Below, one piece after another: positions 1-11,305 of a DNA stretch of 64,000 bases. Origin of the DNA: Gammaproteobacteria bacterium (lineage in GTDB: Bacteria > Pseudomonadota > Gammaproteobacteria > RBG-16-57-12); NCBI GenBank assembly GCA_021647245.1, contig JAKIVC010000001.1, positions 76,368 through 140,367 on the forward strand, in the 5' to 3' direction. The position numbers and the translations under genes were made by a program. The notes beneath the pieces were generated by a model. That model saw only the letters and a program-made list of their open reading frames with translations. It ran no database searches and was not told where the DNA came from. Each line of letters opens with the position of its first letter. The stretch's first letter is position 1.

Positions 1-265
1 GGTGGCTATCAATCAGCTGGCGAAGTGCGGCTTGTTCTGCCTTTTTCGCCTGCTGCTGTTGTTGCTGCTGGTTGAGTTGGCGATCACGCGCCACTTTTTG
101 TTGCTGCGCTTGCTGTGCGGCGAGAGCGGCATCATCTTCAATGACACGCCCCTTTTTGCCTTTTTTCTGTTTGGTTTGCTGATATTTTTGCTGCTTAGCC
201 TTCTTGGCTTTTTTCTCATCAACCAAACCGGCTTTTTTCAGCTGATCAAATAGTGAACCTGCCAT
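1..265 (-). CDS. DUF2058 (YaiL-like) lysine/glutamine-rich protein. Partial: N-terminus at 265, continues off the left edge.
   Basis: Hand translation of the minus strand from ATG (reverse complement of 263-265) gives MAGSLFDQLKKAGLVDEKKAKKAKQQKYQQTNRKKGKKGRVIEDDAALAAQQAQQQKVARDRQLNQQQQQQAKKAEQAALRQLIDSH, with no stop before position 1. The LxDQLKKAGLV + KKAKK opening is characteristic of the DUF2058 family. It is not in the ORF track because no stop codon lies inside the window. Confidence 0.45.
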   Translation of the reverse strand, partial: MAGSLFDQLKKAGLVDEKKAKKAKQQKYQQTKQKKGKKGRVIEDDAALAAQQAQQQKVARDRQLNQQQQQQQAKKAEQAALRQLIDSH

Positions 266-526
266 GTGCTTTGCTCTTAATTGTTTAATCAAAAATGAGT
301 GGGGGCATGCTAGCATATCAACCCTCTTATATTGCCTAGTCAGCGATTCTGTGGCATTTCGCAACAAGGCATAGCTCGCAGGTAGTGGTTATTATTCCCT
401 TGACCAGCGCTATAACGCCGAGGCGGAGTGCCACAGAATCGCCCGAAGGGTTGATGTACTGGGTACCCAGTGGTGATTATACTGTATGAGGCCTTTGCAT
501 CAAGGTACATACCCGAAAACCCGGCG

Positions 527-1345
527 CTACTTATAGCGCTTGCGCAATACCGCGCCGGCTGTGTCGACCAAAGTGACCGTGATCAAAATGAGCAGTAAAA
601 TGGCGGCCACCACATCGTAGTTCATCAACCTTAGCGCGCTCATTAGCTCCAGGCCAATTCCTCCTGCGCCCACCATTCCCATTACTGTGGAGGCGCGAAA
701 ATTATATTCCCATCGATAGATAGCCAGATCCAGCAACTGGGGAATGACCTGCGGCAACACCCCATGGCTGATCACTTGAAAGGGGGTGGCTCCGGTGGAG
801 CGTACCGTTTCAATGGGGCCATTATCAGCATGTTCAATCGCCTCGGCAATGAACTTGCCCACCATACCGATGGAGTGAAAGGCGAGTGCCAGCACTCCGG
901 GCAACGCGCCAAAGCCGACCGCAGCGACAAACAGAATCCCCATCACCAACTCGGGTATGGCACGCAACAGGTTGAGCAGGCCACGAACAGCCAAGTAGAT
1001 CAGTGGATGGGGTGAGGTATTGCGTGCAGCAAGAACACCGAGCGGCAGCGCCATTAAAAAGGCTAACGCGGTGCCGACAACGCTCATCGCCACGGTTTCG
1101 AACAGCGGCTTTAACCAACTTTGCCACTCGCTCGCATCCGGGGGGAAGCTCTCCTGCGCCATCAACCACAGACTGGGAATGCCTTCCAACAGTCGCGCAG
1201 CATCAAACAACCCAACAAAATAGCCACAGAGTAAGATCACGACCAGCAACAGGCTCAGTTGCAAGCCCTGCCGCCGGCGCTGTTTACGCAGCTGTTGCAA
1301 TATGGCGTGATAACGCGGTTTAGACATTCTACAGCTTGAGCTCAT
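527..1345 (-). CDS. phnE: Phosphonate ABC transporter permease PhnE
   Basis: 272-aa multi-TM protein with an ABC permease signature, sitting last in a phnC-phnD-phnE arrangement. Confidence 0.85.
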   Translation of the reverse strand: MSSSCRMSKPRYHAILQQLRKQRRRQGLQLSLLLVVILLCGYFVGLFDAARLLEGIPSLWLMAQESFPPDASEWQSWLKPLFETVAMSVVGTALAFLMALPLGVLAARNTSPHPLIYLAVRGLLNLLRAIPELVMGILFVAAVGFGALPGVLALAFHSIGMVGKFIAEAIEHADNGPIETVRSTGATPFQVISHGVLPQVIPQLLDLAIYRWEYNFRASTVMGMVGAGGIGLELMSALRLMNYDVVAAILLLILITVTLVDTAGAVLRKRYK

Positions 1346-2162
1346 GTTTTAGCTGACGCACCACGTCGTAGTCAGCATCACTGACGGCGACCATGCCATC
1401 CGCCTTAAATGCTGCCAACACCTGTTTATCCTTTAGCGTATAAAAGGCATCTCTGATCTGTGCCTTAAGCACCTCATCCAAGTCGCTGCGCATCACCCAA
1501 GGGTATTGTGGAAAAGGTTTGGATTCTGCGAACACCACTACTTTTCGGGCATCAATTAAACCCCGGGCAATCAATGTCTCAAAAATAGGCTTGGAAAGGC
1601 CGCCCACCGCTGCATGCCCCCGCTGCACCGCCATTGCCACCGCATCATGAGCACCCAAAAAGTGCTGATTATAATCCACACCCGCCCGAAGCCCCGCCGC
1701 CAGCAACATCGACTTAGGGATCAGATGAGAGGAGGTTGACGCGGGATCACCATACGCCACGTCGTACCCTTTGATATCGGCGTAGTGGCTGATTCCTTTC
1801 TCCGCATTGACGATCAGTAGCGCCTGATAATGGGGGGTTCCCTGGGTGCTCTTGGCGGCAAATGCTTCAATATTGCTTTTCGATTTAGCCATGATGTAGG
1901 AGAACGGGCCAAAGTAGCCTAGATCAATTCGCGCATGGCGCATCGCTTCAACCATGGATGAGTAATCAGTGGTGACGATCAGCTCAATTTTTTTATCCAG
2001 CACACGCTCAAGATAGGCTTTGAATACTTGATGCTTTTTAATAATAGTCGCCGCATCTTCATCGGGTAACAGTGCGACTTTCAGGGTATCAGGATTATCC
2101 GCCACTGCCGCAAGCAAGGGCAGCGTGGTCAATACCATCATTAATATCCACTTTTGTAACAT
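1329..2162 (-). CDS. phnD: Phosphonate/phosphite ABC transporter periplasmic substrate-binding protein PhnD
   Basis: 277 aa with an N-terminal signal peptide (MLQKWILMMVLTTLPLLAAVA) and a PhnD-like binding-protein fold. Lies between the phnC and phnE homologues and overlaps phnE by 17 nt. Confidence 0.85.
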   Translation of the reverse strand: MLQKWILMMVLTTLPLLAAVADNPDTLKVALLPDEDAATIIKKHQVFKAYLERVLDKKIELIVTTDYSSMVEAMRHARIDLGYFGPFSYIMAKSKSNIEAFAAKSTQGTPHYQALLIVNAEKGISHYADIKGYDVAYGDPASTSSHLIPKSMLLAAGLRAGVDYNQHFLGAHDAVAMAVQRGHAAVGGLSKPIFETLIARGLIDARKVVVFAESKPFPQYPWVMRSDLDEVLKAQIRDAFYTLKDKQVLAAFKADGMVAVSDADYDVVRQLKHELKL

Positions 2163-2174
2163 CTTCTCTCTCTT

Positions 2175-2936
2175 TTATGATTCAACCCCGTGGGCTCGGG
2201 TTACACAACCCTGCGGATAGATGGTGGCCAGCTGAGTCTCGTCCAGCTCATTAAGCGGGCCATCGAGCACCACCTCACCTGCAGAGAGGGCCACAATACG
2301 CTCTGCAAACTGTTTTGCCAACACCAGTTGGTGCAGGCTGACAATTGCAGTGATACCATCCTCTTTGCAAATATCACGCAGCAGCCCCAACACCTGCTCA
2401 GAGGAGACAGGATCGAGGCTGGCCACCGGCTCATCCGCAAGAATCACTTTGGGTTGCTGCGCCAAGGCACGAGCAATACCTACCCGCTGTTGTTGGCCAC
2501 CACTGAGACGATCCGTCCGCTCAAGTGCTTTATCCAGCAGCCCCACGCGCTCCAAGCAGTAGAGTGCAAACTCTTTATCACCCTTTGACATCGGCAGCAG
2601 ACTACGCAAAGAGCTGTAGTAGCCCAACCGGCCCAACAGCACATTTTTCAGTGCACTCTGCTGCAGTAGCAGTTGATGTTGCTGAAATATCATCGCACTG
2701 TTACGGCGGTGCTGTTGCAGTGAGCACCCGCTGTGTATCAGCTGATTATTCACCACAAGTTGACCCGCCGTCGGCCTGACTAACATATTAATCGCCCGCA
2801 ACAGAGTTGACTTGCCCGCCCCCGAAGCACCCAACAGCCCTACCAGCTCGCCCGGTTGAAAAGTCAGCGAGGTCGGTAGCAGCGCAGCCTGAGAGGCTCC
2901 GGGGTAGGTGACTGTAAGTTGTTGCAGTTGAATCAT
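2175..2936 (-). CDS. phnC: Phosphonate ABC transporter ATP-binding protein PhnC
   Basis: Walker A GASGAGKST, ABC signature LSGGQQQRVGIARAL, Walker B ILADEP. First gene of the phnCDE operon. Confidence 0.9.
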   Translation of the reverse strand: MIQLQQLTVTYPGASQAALLPTSLTFQPGELVGLLGASGAGKSTLLRAINMLVRPTAGQLVVNNQLIHSGCSLQQHRRNSAMIFQQHQLLLQQSALKNVLLGRLGYYSSLRSLLPMSKGDKEFALYCLERVGLLDKALERTDRLSGGQQQRVGIARALAQQPKVILADEPVASLDPVSSEQVLGLLRDICKEDGITAIVSLHQLVLAKQFAERIVALSAGEVVLDGPLNELDETQLATIYPQGCVTRAHGVES

Positions 2937-2985
2937 CAGGGCCTCATAACCAAATTAGCGCACACGTCATGTTGCATAAAAAAAA

Positions 2986-3888
2986 TCAGCCATCGTAAAC
3001 GAAAATCAACACTTTTAGCCCTTTGCCAGGCTGCGCCTCAACGTATACTTCGGGCGGCGCTATCTGCTCTAGGTAGCGACATGACGGACACGCTTGCGCT
3101 ACGGTCTCATGTAGGAATGACTCATCCAGCTCTGGCGCATTCAAACAGAGCATCATCAAACCACCCGGACGCATCAACTCTGGAATACGCCGAATAATTT
3201 TCTTATAGTCTCGTTTTAGGTCAATACTACCCTTTTGAAACAGCGGCGGATCACACACCAGCAAGTCATAAGGGGCATATTTTTTAAGGCGTGAGAATGA
3301 CTTAAAAATATTCACACCTTGAAAGATCACCTTGCCGGTATCTTGGCCATTCAAGCGATGGTTATCTCGACCACGACTGAGCGCCGCCTTACTAAGATCC
3401 ACATTCACAACCGACTCAGCAGCACCCGCTATTGCAGCCACAGAAAAGGCGCAAGTATACGAGAACAGATTGAGTACTCGCTTACCCTCTGCCCGCTCTC
3501 GCAACCACTGCCAGCCGTTACTCATATCCAAGAACAGCCCACAATTTTGTCTGCGCCCAAGTTGCAGTTGAAACTTCAACCCCGCAACCTCAACCGTCAA
3601 CTGCTCAATCGCCACACCCCGCAACCGCTCAGTCGGTGACCCCGACCGACAGCGAAACTGCACCTGCACTGAGCGACAACCCGCCAGTCGTGCCATTAAC
3701 TGCTCGGCCAGCGCCATCAAATTATCGTGTGGCTCTTCTTTATAGAGGGTGATCAACACCACCGGTGGCAACCAATCGATAGCGAGGTGCTCCCAACCCG
3801 GATAACGATGACCACGACCATGAAATAGCCGCCGCGCCTGCTCTACGTTGTCGATCTGCTGAGGAGAAAAGTCGATATATTCAATCAT
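2986..3888 (-). CDS. Class I SAM-dependent methyltransferase, RlmI/YccW family, lacking the N-terminal PUA domain
   Basis: 300 aa. FSYTCAFSVAAIAGAAESVVNVDLS (SAM motif I region) and VCDPPLF (motif IV, DPP) are arranged as in the RlmI C-terminal half. Confidence 0.6.
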   Translation of the reverse strand: MIEYIDFSPQQIDNVEQARRLFHGRGHRYPGWEHLAIDWLPPVVLITLYKEEPHDNLMALAEQLMARLAGCRSVQVQFRCRSGSPTERLRGVAIEQLTVEVAGLKFQLQLGRRQNCGLFLDMSNGWQWLRERAEGKRVLNLFSYTCAFSVAAIAGAAESVVNVDLSKAALSRGRDNHRLNGQDTGKVIFQGVNIFKSFSRLKKYAPYDLLVCDPPLFQKGSIDLKRDYKKIIRRIPELMRPGGLMMLCLNAPELDESFLHETVAQACPSCRYLEQIAPPEVYVEAQPGKGLKVLIFVYDG

Positions 3889-4162
3889 TTGTCGTAGTGT
3901 ACACTACATGTAACACGCTCAATAACACGGATCACACCCGCAGCATAGACAACAGCTGCCCCAGTCACGACCCTTAAAGTAGAGGCGGGAGAAGAGATCC
4001 TTCTTTGTAAATTGTAAAAAACAACTTTCAGCTTCAAACCACTCAGGCTACTCAAAATACGCTTCCAATCTGAGTCGTGGTCTATTTTATTTATCACCGC
4101 TATCCTCTACACTGTCGCCTCAAAATATAAGTTAGATACTCGAAAAACAGAGGGATGGGAAA

Positions 4163-5557
4163 ATGAAAAGACCGTTATCACCACTACTGATCTGCACTTC
4201 ATTACTGGTGTCACTTCCGCTAAGTAACGCCGTGGCAGAGCCATCGGGGCAATATTTCACGCCCATGCTCACCTATATTCAGGCCGATAAGGACCGTAAT
4301 TCTGATAATGGCTTCGGTGCACAAATTGCACTGGGCCAGCAGTTGTCTGAGCGCTGGAACCTTGAGCTTAACTTCAACTTCGATACTTTGGATTTTGAGA
4401 GTGGTAGTGGTGAGTATAAACAGACCGGGCTACAGCTTGATGGTCTCTATTTTTTCAATCGGGGTAGCGACCTCTCCACCTACGGAATTTTAGGTGTTGG
4501 TATGCTCCGCACCACCCTTACGGGCGACGCTGCCATCAACCCCAGCGCCAACATCGGCCTTGGCCTGATGAAGCCAATCGGTGATGCTATGCAGCTACGC
4601 GCTGAGCTACGCTACCGACTCGACGAAGAAAATCGAATACTGGGTGCGGATCGCTTTGAAGATCTACTGCTCAATGTTGGTTTGATGATCCCCTTTGGTG
4701 AGAAAGCCAAGCCGGCACCCAAACCCCAGCCTGCACCTAAGCCGATGCCAGCAGCCTCAACAGACAGCGATAATGACGGCATTGCAGACAGCAGTGACCG
4801 CTGCCCCAACACAGCGCAAAATTATGCCGTTGATGCGAATGGTTGCGCTTTAGATAGTGACAATGATGGAGTGGCTGATGCGGTGGACCGCTGCTCTGAT
4901 ACGCCTGCTGAACGCATAGTCGACCAGCGTGGCTGTGAAAAAGATGCTGATAGTGATGGTGTAACAGATGCCCTTGATCAGTGTCCTGATACCGCGCCTG
5001 AGCGTACCGTCGATCTTAATGGCTGCGAGAAAGATAGTGATCGCGATGGTGTTGTCGATGCGCTGGATGCGTGTCCAAACACCGAAGCAGGTGTTTCCGT
5101 CAACGCCAAAGGGTGTATTGCTGACCGGGATGGTGATGGTGTCTTGGACAATATCGACCAGTGCCTTGATAGTGCAATGGGTGCCAAGGTTGATGAAAGT
5201 GGTTGCAAACTGGCTAAAGTGATTGTGCTAAAGGGTGTCACTTTTAAAACAGGCTCGGCTGAGCTGACTTCAGCATCCGGCATCGAGCTGGATCAAGTGG
5301 TAAGCACCATGAAGCGCTACCCAACGTTGGAGATCAAGGTTTCTGGCTACACCGATAACCGCGGTGCTGAGAGCTTCAATCAACAACTCTCCCAAAAACG
5401 TGCTCAGGCGGTCGTCACCTTCCTCACGGATCGTGGCATTTCCGCACAGCGCCTGCAAGCCAAAGGGTATGGGCCGGCCAATCCGATTGCAGATAACAAC
5501 ACAGCCGATGGGCGGATGAAAAACCGTCGCGTAGAGCTGCATATTCTTAAACGCTAA
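4163..5557 (+). CDS. OmpA-family outer-membrane protein with five thrombospondin type-3 (TSP3) calcium-binding repeats and a C-terminal OmpA peptidoglycan-binding domain
   Basis: Signal peptide MKRPLSPLLICTSLLVSLPLSNAVA. Beta-barrel-like N-terminal domain, then a Pro-rich linker KPAPKPQPAPKPMP. Five DxDxDGxxDxxDxCP repeats, for example DSDNDGIADSSDRCPNT. C-terminal OmpA domain (GYTDNRGAESFNQQLSQKRAQAV...NRRVELHI). RBS GAGGGATGGG upstream. Confidence 0.85.
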   Translation: MKRPLSPLLICTSLLVSLPLSNAVAEPSGQYFTPMLTYIQADKDRNSDNGFGAQIALGQQLSERWNLELNFNFDTLDFESGSGEYKQTGLQLDGLYFFNRGSDLSTYGILGVGMLRTTLTGDAAINPSANIGLGLMKPIGDAMQLRAELRYRLDEENRILGADRFEDLLLNVGLMIPFGEKAKPAPKPQPAPKPMPAASTDSDNDGIADSSDRCPNTAQNYAVDANGCALDSDNDGVADAVDRCSDTPAERIVDQRGCEKDADSDGVTDALDQCPDTAPERTVDLNGCEKDSDRDGVVDALDACPNTEAGVSVNAKGCIADRDGDGVLDNIDQCLDSAMGAKVDESGCKLAKVIVLKGVTFKTGSAELTSASGIELDQVVSTMKRYPTLEIKVSGYTDNRGAESFNQQLSQKRAQAVVTFLTDRGISAQRLQAKGYGPANPIADNNTADGRMKNRRVELHILKR

Positions 5558-5565
5558 AACCAATA

Positions 5566-5597
5566 CCCCCTTCATCCGGTTCAATGGGTGAAGGGGG
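5566..5597. terminator. Bidirectional terminator hairpin between convergent genes
   Basis: Perfect 9-bp inverted repeat CCCCCTTCA-(14 nt)-TGAAGGGGG immediately after the OmpA/TSP3 stop and before the 3' end of the minus-strand nitrobindin-like gene. T-rich sequence follows on the minus strand. Confidence 0.45.
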
Positions 5598-5619
5598 CCA
5601 TTATTCAACGCCCCACTAC

Positions 5620-6207
5620 TCACTGCATCCGCAGCAACTCATTCTGATCGGTATGTTCAAACGACTTACCGTAGATATCCAACAACGTGGTTTCCCGGTA
5701 GTGAAGGCAATCGCCGCGCAGTGTTAGCTGCTGATCAAATGCCAAGGTACGCGCCTTATCAAGCATAAATGGCGACTGAGCAATGGGCCATTCGGCACTG
5801 CGACCACCTGCGGCGACCTCAATCACAATCGTTTCATCTTCAGCCACAGCCACGCCTCCCGCCACCAGCGCCACACCTCTGGGAATCGTAAACGACTGCA
5901 TTACCAATTTCTTGCTTGCGTCCCACAACCAGTAGCCCACTTGATGGTGGAATATTTCATCGTTGGATTTACGCTGCACCACCTGTTTATAGTGAACAAT
6001 CGACAAAAACTGCTCACCCGCATTATCCACGTCACCGGCAGCCTCAAAGGTAATGGTCTCATAATAGGGGTTATTATCTGGCCCATCTGGCTCAGGTGCC
6101 ACATCCATTCCCTTGTCACCCTGCCAAGTACCTATCAACCCGGTGAGCGGCCCATAATCAGTATCATTTTCGTGAGCCATTTCGGCTACCTCATCAAATT
6201 TACACAT
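5620..6207 (-). CDS. Nitrobindin-like / heme-binding beta-barrel (THAP4-type, FABP-like) domain protein
   Basis: 195-aa soluble protein. Overall pattern (GLIGTWQGDKG...ITFE...YWLWD) resembles the lipocalin-like nitrobindin/DUF1794 fold. The true start may be the internal M at MAHEND. Confidence 0.45.
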   Translation of the reverse strand: MCKFDEVAEMAHENDTDYGPLTGLIGTWQGDKGMDVAPEPDGPDNNPYYETITFEAAGDVDNAGEQFLSIVHYKQVVQRKSNDEIFHHQVGYWLWDASKKLVMQSFTIPRGVALVAGGVAVAEDETIVIEVAAGGRSAEWPIAQSPFMLDKARTLAFDQQLTLRGDCLHYRETTLLDIYGKSFEHTDQNELLRMQ

Positions 6208-6260
6208 TATTTTAAAGCTACCAGCCTCCCCCTACACGCGAGAGGTAGGCCGGTTAAGCA

Positions 6261-9200
6261 TCAGTAGCCTAAGTTGGGAGCCAACCACTTTTCAGCAGTT
6301 TCCAGGCTCATGCCCTTGCGCTTGGCATAATCGGCAACCTGGTCCCTATAGATTTTACTAATCGAAAAGTAGCTGGCTTGTGGATGAGAGAAGTAGAAAC
6401 CACTCACCGCTGCGGTGGGTACCATCGCGTAGCTTTCTGTTAGCTCAAGACCGATGTTATCCGCTACATTCAGCAGCTTCCAGATCACCCCTTTTTCAGT
6501 ATGCTCCGGACAGGCTGGATAGCCGGGTGCGGGTCGAATTCCCTGATAATCTTCCATGATTAACTGCTCATTGCTCAGCACTTCGGCGACACCGTAACCC
6601 CACAGCTGCTTGCGTACCTTTTCGTGCATCAATTCGGCAAAAGCTTCAGCGAGACGGTCCGCCAGCACCTTCAGCATAATTGCGCTGTAGTCATCATGAG
6701 CCGCTTCAAACTCACTCAGTTTCTGCTCAATCCCTAAGCCGGTGGTGAGTGCAAAGAAGCCCATATGGTCAGGCTGACCGCTCTCTTTAGGGGCAATAAA
6801 ATCGGACAAAGAGCGGTTTGCTTTACCTTTTGGCTGCTGCTTTTGAACCCGCAAAAAATGGAAGGTTTCTAATCGGCTCTGGCGGGATTCATCTTCATAT
6901 ATTTCAACATCGTCTCCCACCGCATTGGCCGGAAACAGACCAATAATCGCATTGGCCTTGAGCCACGCCTGCTCGATAATCTGTTTAAGCATCACTTGAG
7001 CATCAGCAAACACTTTGCGTGCCTCTTCGCCCTTAGTGGCATCGTCCAGAATATTTGGGTAGCGCCCCTTTAGCTCCCAAGCGTGGAAAAAGGGTGTCCA
7101 GTCAATGTAATCAACAATTTCAGCAAGGGGGTAACCCTCAAAAACCTGCACTCCGAGAGTGCGGGGGGCGGGAGCAACGCCGTGGCTCCAATCAATTGGA
7201 GTTTTATTGGCACGGGCATCACTCAAAGTGACCGAGCTAGCCTCTTTTTGACGGGCGGCAAAGCCTTCACGCACCCGCTGATAATCCACTTGCAGCTTAT
7301 CAACAAAGTTGCCCCGCAACTCAGGGGAGATCAGACTCTGAGCCACACCCACCGCACGGGAAGCATCCTTCACCCACACGATGGGATGGTCGCAGTTATT
7401 GGCTATTTTTACTGCGGTGTGCGCCTTAGAGGTTGTCGCCCCCCCAATCATCACCGGTGTGCTCATGCCAAGACGCTGCATCTCTTTGGCAATGTGGGTC
7501 ATCTCCTCCAGTGAGGGGGTAATCAACCCAGAGAGGCCGATCACATCCACCTGGTGCTTTTTCGCCTCCTCCAAAATGGTTGCGGTAGAGACCATCACCC
7601 CCAAGTCGATAACTTCGAAGTTATTACACTGCAACACAACGCCGACGATATTCTTGCCAATGTCGTGCACATCGCCTTTCACCGTGGCCATCAAAATTCG
7701 GCCATTGCTCTTGTTGGCACCCTCGGCCTTCTCCTCCTCGATAAACGGAATCAAGTGCGCGACCGCCTTTTTCATCACCCGGGCCGATTTCACTACCTGC
7801 GGCAGAAACATTTTCCCTTCGCCAAACAGGTCGCCCACCACATTCATACCGTCCATTAAGGGGCCTTCAATGACATGAATCGGTCGATCAAAAGAGAGGC
7901 GCGCCTCTTCGGCATCTTCGGTTACATAGGCATCTACACCCTTCACCAGCGCATGTTCAAGGCGTTTACCCACCGGCCACTCTCGCCACGCCAGGTCCTC
8001 TTTTTTTGCCTCGATACCATCGCCACGGTATTTTTCAGCAATCTCCAGCAGTCGATCTGTACCATCCAAGCGGCGATTAAGCACCACATCCTCCACCCGC
8101 TCTCGCAATTCGTCGGGCAGATCATCATAAACCGCCAATTGACCCGCGTTGACAATACCCATATCCATACCGGCTTTAAAACAGTGGTAGAGAAATACCG
8201 CATGAATCGCTTCACGCACCAGGTTGTTACCACGGAAAGAGAAGGAGACATTTGAAACGCCGCCACTGACCATTGCGTGGGGCAGGTTTTGCTTAATCCA
8301 ACGGGTCGCTTCGATAAAATCCACGGCATAGTTGTTATGCTCGTCAATACCCGTCGCAATGGCAAAAATATTAGGGTCAAAAATAATATCTTCTGGCGGG
8401 AAACCCACTTCATTTACCAGAATGTCGTAGCAGCGTTTACAAATTTCCGTTTTGCGCTCAAAAGTATCGGCTTGGCCCTTCTCATCAAACGCCATCACCA
8501 CCGCTGCCGCACCGTATCTTTTGATCAAATTCGCATACTTCACAAACTGCGCTTTACCCTCTTTCAGGGAGATCGAGTTGACCACTCCTTTCCCCTGAAT
8601 ACACTTCAGACCCTCTTCAATAATCTCCCACTTAGAGGAGTCAACCATTACCGGCACTTTGGAAATATCGGGTTCTGAGGCGACCAGCTTCAGGTAGGTA
8701 ACCATCGCCCGCTTACCATCCAGCATCGCCTCATCCATATTGACATCGATAATTTGAGCACCATTTTCAACTTGATTGCGACACACACTCAGCGCCTGAT
8801 CATAGTCACCCGACAACACCAACCGCTTGAACATCGCCGACCCCGTTACGTTGGCGCGCTCACCCACGTTAACAAACAGTGATTCTGGGTAAATATTGAG
8901 CGGCTCCAAACCTGACAGGCGACAGGCGACAGGATTGTCGGGGATTTTGCGTGGTGGAAGATTCGCAACCGCATCCGCAATTGCTTTGATAAAGGCGGGG
9001 GAGGTGCCACAGCAGCCACCGATAATATTCAAAAAGCCACTTTGGGCCCACTCACGGATCAGGCCTGCCATGTTTTCGGGCGTATCATCATAGCCGGTAG
9101 GTGCCAGCGGGTTTGGCAGTCCGGCATTGGGGTGGGCACTCACATAGCAGCTTGCCACCCGTGACAGCTCCTCTACATATTGTCGTAGTTCATCGGCACC

Positions 9201-9962
9201 CAACGCACAGTTCAAACCGATGGAGATCGGCTTAGCGTGTACCAGCGAGTTGTAGAACGCCTCTGTCACTTGTCCCGACAGGGTGCGACCCGAAGCATCG
9301 GTAATGGTGCCGGAGATCATAATTGGCAGCTCAACATCTAACGCTTCGTAGACACTTTGTACGGCAAAGATAGCCGCTTTGGCGTTCAGGGTATCAAAAA
9401 TGGTCTCGATCAGAATGATGTCGGAGCCACCCTCTATCAGCCCCCTAGTCGCCGCAGAGTAAGCCTCCACTAGCTCATCAAAGGTGACATTGCGTGCGCC
9501 GGGATCATTGACATCAGGAGAGATCGAGCAGGTACGATTGGTAGGACCGAGTACACCCGCGACAAAGCGAGGACGCTCCGAGGTTGCATAAGCATCACAC
9601 GCCTCGCGTGCTAGGCGGGCACCCGCCACATTCATCTCGTAGGCGAGCGCCTGCATGTCGTAGTCAGCCATTGCAATGGTGGTGGCACCGAAGGTATTGG
9701 TCTCCAGAATATCGGCACCCGCCTCGAGATATTCGCTGTGAATCGCCTTAATGATATCGGGCTGAGAGAGCACCAATAGGTCATTGTTGCCTTTTACATC
9801 ACAATGCCAGTCACTAAAACGCTCTCCGCGATAGCCCTGCTCATCCAGAGCATAGCCCTGAACCATCGTGCCCATGGCACCATCGAGAATCAGAATACGT
9901 TGTTTGAGAGCATCACTGAGTAGCTGTGCACGGGTGGTGTGCGTTGACATGGGCGTTTCCAA
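6261..9962 (-). CDS. metH: Cobalamin-dependent methionine synthase MetH
   Basis: 1233 aa. Homocysteine-binding, pterin-binding, B12-binding ([10 protein letters not shown]) and AdoMet-activation domains are present in the canonical order. Confidence 0.95.
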   Translation of the reverse strand: METPMSTHTTRAQLLSDALKQRILILDGAMGTMVQGYALDEQGYRGERFSDWHCDVKGNNDLLVLSQPDIIKAIHSEYLEAGADILETNTFGATTIAMADYDMQALAYEMNVAGARLAREACDAYATSERPRFVAGVLGPTNRTCSISPDVNDPGARNVTFDELVEAYSAATRGLIEGGSDIILIETIFDTLNAKAAIFAVQSVYEALDVELPIMISGTITDASGRTLSGQVTEAFYNSLVHAKPISIGLNCALGADELRQYVEELSRVASCYVSAHPNAGLPNPLAPTGYDDTPENMAGLIREWAQSGFLNIIGGCCGTSPAFIKAIADAVANLPPRKIPDNPVACRLSGLEPLNIYPESLFVNVGERANVTGSAMFKRLVLSGDYDQALSVCRNQVENGAQIIDVNMDEAMLDGKRAMVTYLKLVASEPDISKVPVMVDSSKWEIIEEGLKCIQGKGVVNSISLKEGKAQFVKYANLIKRYGAAAVVMAFDEKGQADTFERKTEICKRCYDILVNEVGFPPEDIIFDPNIFAIATGIDEHNNYAVDFIEATRWIKQNLPHAMVSGGVSNVSFSFRGNNLVREAIHAVFLYHCFKAGMDMGIVNAGQLAVYDDLPDELRERVEDVVLNRRLDGTDRLLEIAEKYRGDGIEAKKEDLAWREWPVGKRLEHALVKGVDAYVTEDAEEARLSFDRPIHVIEGPLMDGMNVVGDLFGEGKMFLPQVVKSARVMKKAVAHLIPFIEEEKAEGANKSNGRILMATVKGDVHDIGKNIVGVVLQCNNFEVIDLGVMVSTATILEEAKKHQVDVIGLSGLITPSLEEMTHIAKEMQRLGMSTPVMIGGATTSKAHTAVKIANNCDHPIVWVKDASRAVGVAQSLISPELRGNFVDKLQVDYQRVREGFAARQKEASSVTLSDARANKTPIDWSHGVAPAPRTLGVQVFEGYPLAEIVDYIDWTPFFHAWELKGRYPNILDDATKGEEARKVFADAQVMLKQIIEQAWLKANAIIGLFPANAVGDDVEIYEDESRQSRLETFHFLRVQKQQPKGKANRSLSDFIAPKESGQPDHMGFFALTTGLGIEQKLSEFEAAHDDYSAIMLKVLADRLAEAFAELMHEKVRKQLWGYGVAEVLSNEQLIMEDYQGIRPAPGYPACPEHTEKGVIWKLLNVADNIGLELTESYAMVPTAAVSGFYFSHPQASYFSISKIYRDQVADYAKRKGMSLETAEKWLAPNLGY

Positions 9963-10033
9963 CCTAATGTAGAGGGCATTGACGAAAGTACGCCATTATA
10001 TCTCCCTAACCCCCGGATAGAAACCGGTGAACA

Positions 10034-11230
10034 CTAAAATAGCTCCACCTCGCCTTCATCCATGTTTTCATGGCTGACAGGGGTATCACGTATCGCCGCC
10101 ATGATCTCATTGAGCTGGTTTTGTAACTGTTCAATGCGCTCAAAATAGAGCGCCTCTTGTTGAGCACCGGGTGAGGCCATTATCTCAACCATGTCGCTCT
10201 CAAATTGAGTCACACAGCCAACCACCTGATTCAGCCCCTGTACACGGTGCTCCATGTGCTCTAACAGCTGTCGAGATATATCCTCAAACTGGAGTGATCT
10301 TACGGCATTGCCTACATCAACCGCTAGCTCTTCAGAAACGCCTGAGACTTCACTGAGTTTCTGCGCCACATAGCGGTTAATATCCTCAATATCCCGCATC
10401 AAATCATTAAGGTGATCTTTGGAGTTAATCGACATTGTCATATCACGGGAGGCCATTTTTCCCACAACCCGGCTGGCCACCTCCATTTCACGTTTAACTA
10501 CAGTAAACTTGCCCCTGACCTGCTCGCTGAATAGATGACTTCGTGTTGAGAGGGCACGCACCTCGTCTGCCACCACCGCAAAACCGCGCCCCTGCTCGCC
10601 TGCTCTTGCCGCTTCAATTGCCGCATTGAGTGCCAGCAGGTTTGTTTGTGCACTAATCCCATCAATTTCATGCAGCAGACGATCAACCTCAGAAATATAC
10701 TCTTTCATCGCATTGAGCGATGTGACCATGGCCAAACTATCATCTCGCATCATGGTCAGGTTTTCTGTAAACATCCCCATGATATCTGCCACTTCATCTG
10801 CCAGGCTTTTTCCACCGGCATTATCATCGGGAGTCAAGCGTTGCATCATCTGCATCGTAAGGTCGAGCTGGAGCCGAGATTTGCTCTCCATACCCTGAAA
10901 GCCCATCGACAGACCCTCCACCGCACTGGAGATAATATTTCGGGCACTTCCCAACCCTTCAGAAACCGCGCTGACTTGCGCCACACCAAATTGAGCGGTG
11001 TCATGGTTGATCTCAATGATTTTCTGTTTTATCTCCTGACGTGCCTCGCTTAGCGCCAGCTTAGCCGCTGCTTCACCGTTTTTTTTCATCCGCAAGAGCG
11101 TATAGACCCAATACCCGGAGACCACAAAAAGTAAGAGAATATTATAGAGGGGGGAGGAAAGTTGGTATATCACTCCCGCCACAATAAATGTTAAGACCAC
11201 ACCCAGAAATATCCGATCACGCCCCTTCAC
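10034..11230 (-). CDS. Methyl-accepting chemotaxis protein, membrane-anchored with no periplasmic sensor domain
   Basis: Two closely spaced N-terminal TM helices, then an MCP signalling domain ([34 protein letters not shown]). Last gene of the che-mot cluster. Confidence 0.85.
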   Translation of the reverse strand: MKGRDRIFLGVVLTFIVAGVIYQLSSPLYNILLLFVVSGYWVYTLLRMKKNGEAAAKLALSEARQEIKQKIIEINHDTAQFGVAQVSAVSEGLGSARNIISSAVEGLSMGFQGMESKSRLQLDLTMQMMQRLTPDDNAGGKSLADEVADIMGMFTENLTMMRDDSLAMVTSLNAMKEYISEVDRLLHEIDGISAQTNLLALNAAIEAARAGEQGRGFAVVADEVRALSTRSHLFSEQVRGKFTVVKREMEVASRVVGKMASRDMTMSINSKDHLNDLMRDIEDINRYVAQKLSEVSGVSEELAVDVGNAVRSLQFEDISRQLLEHMEHRVQGLNQVVGCVTQFESDMVEIMASPGAQQEALYFERIEQLQNQLNEIMAAIRDTPVSHENMDEGEVELF

Positions 11231-11305
11231 TCAACCCCCTCCATACAATGCTTGATCACGCTCTATTTATCCTATGCGTAAAATATTTTTTCGTTATACC
11301 CGCTG

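Noticed and set aside
764-1323. Multiple ORFs antisense or out of frame within phnE (764-1015+, 834-1169-, 1003-1323+, 1020-1223+)
   Set aside because: They are embedded in the confidently assigned phnE permease gene. Their sequences are Arg/Ser/Gly-rich and not protein-like.
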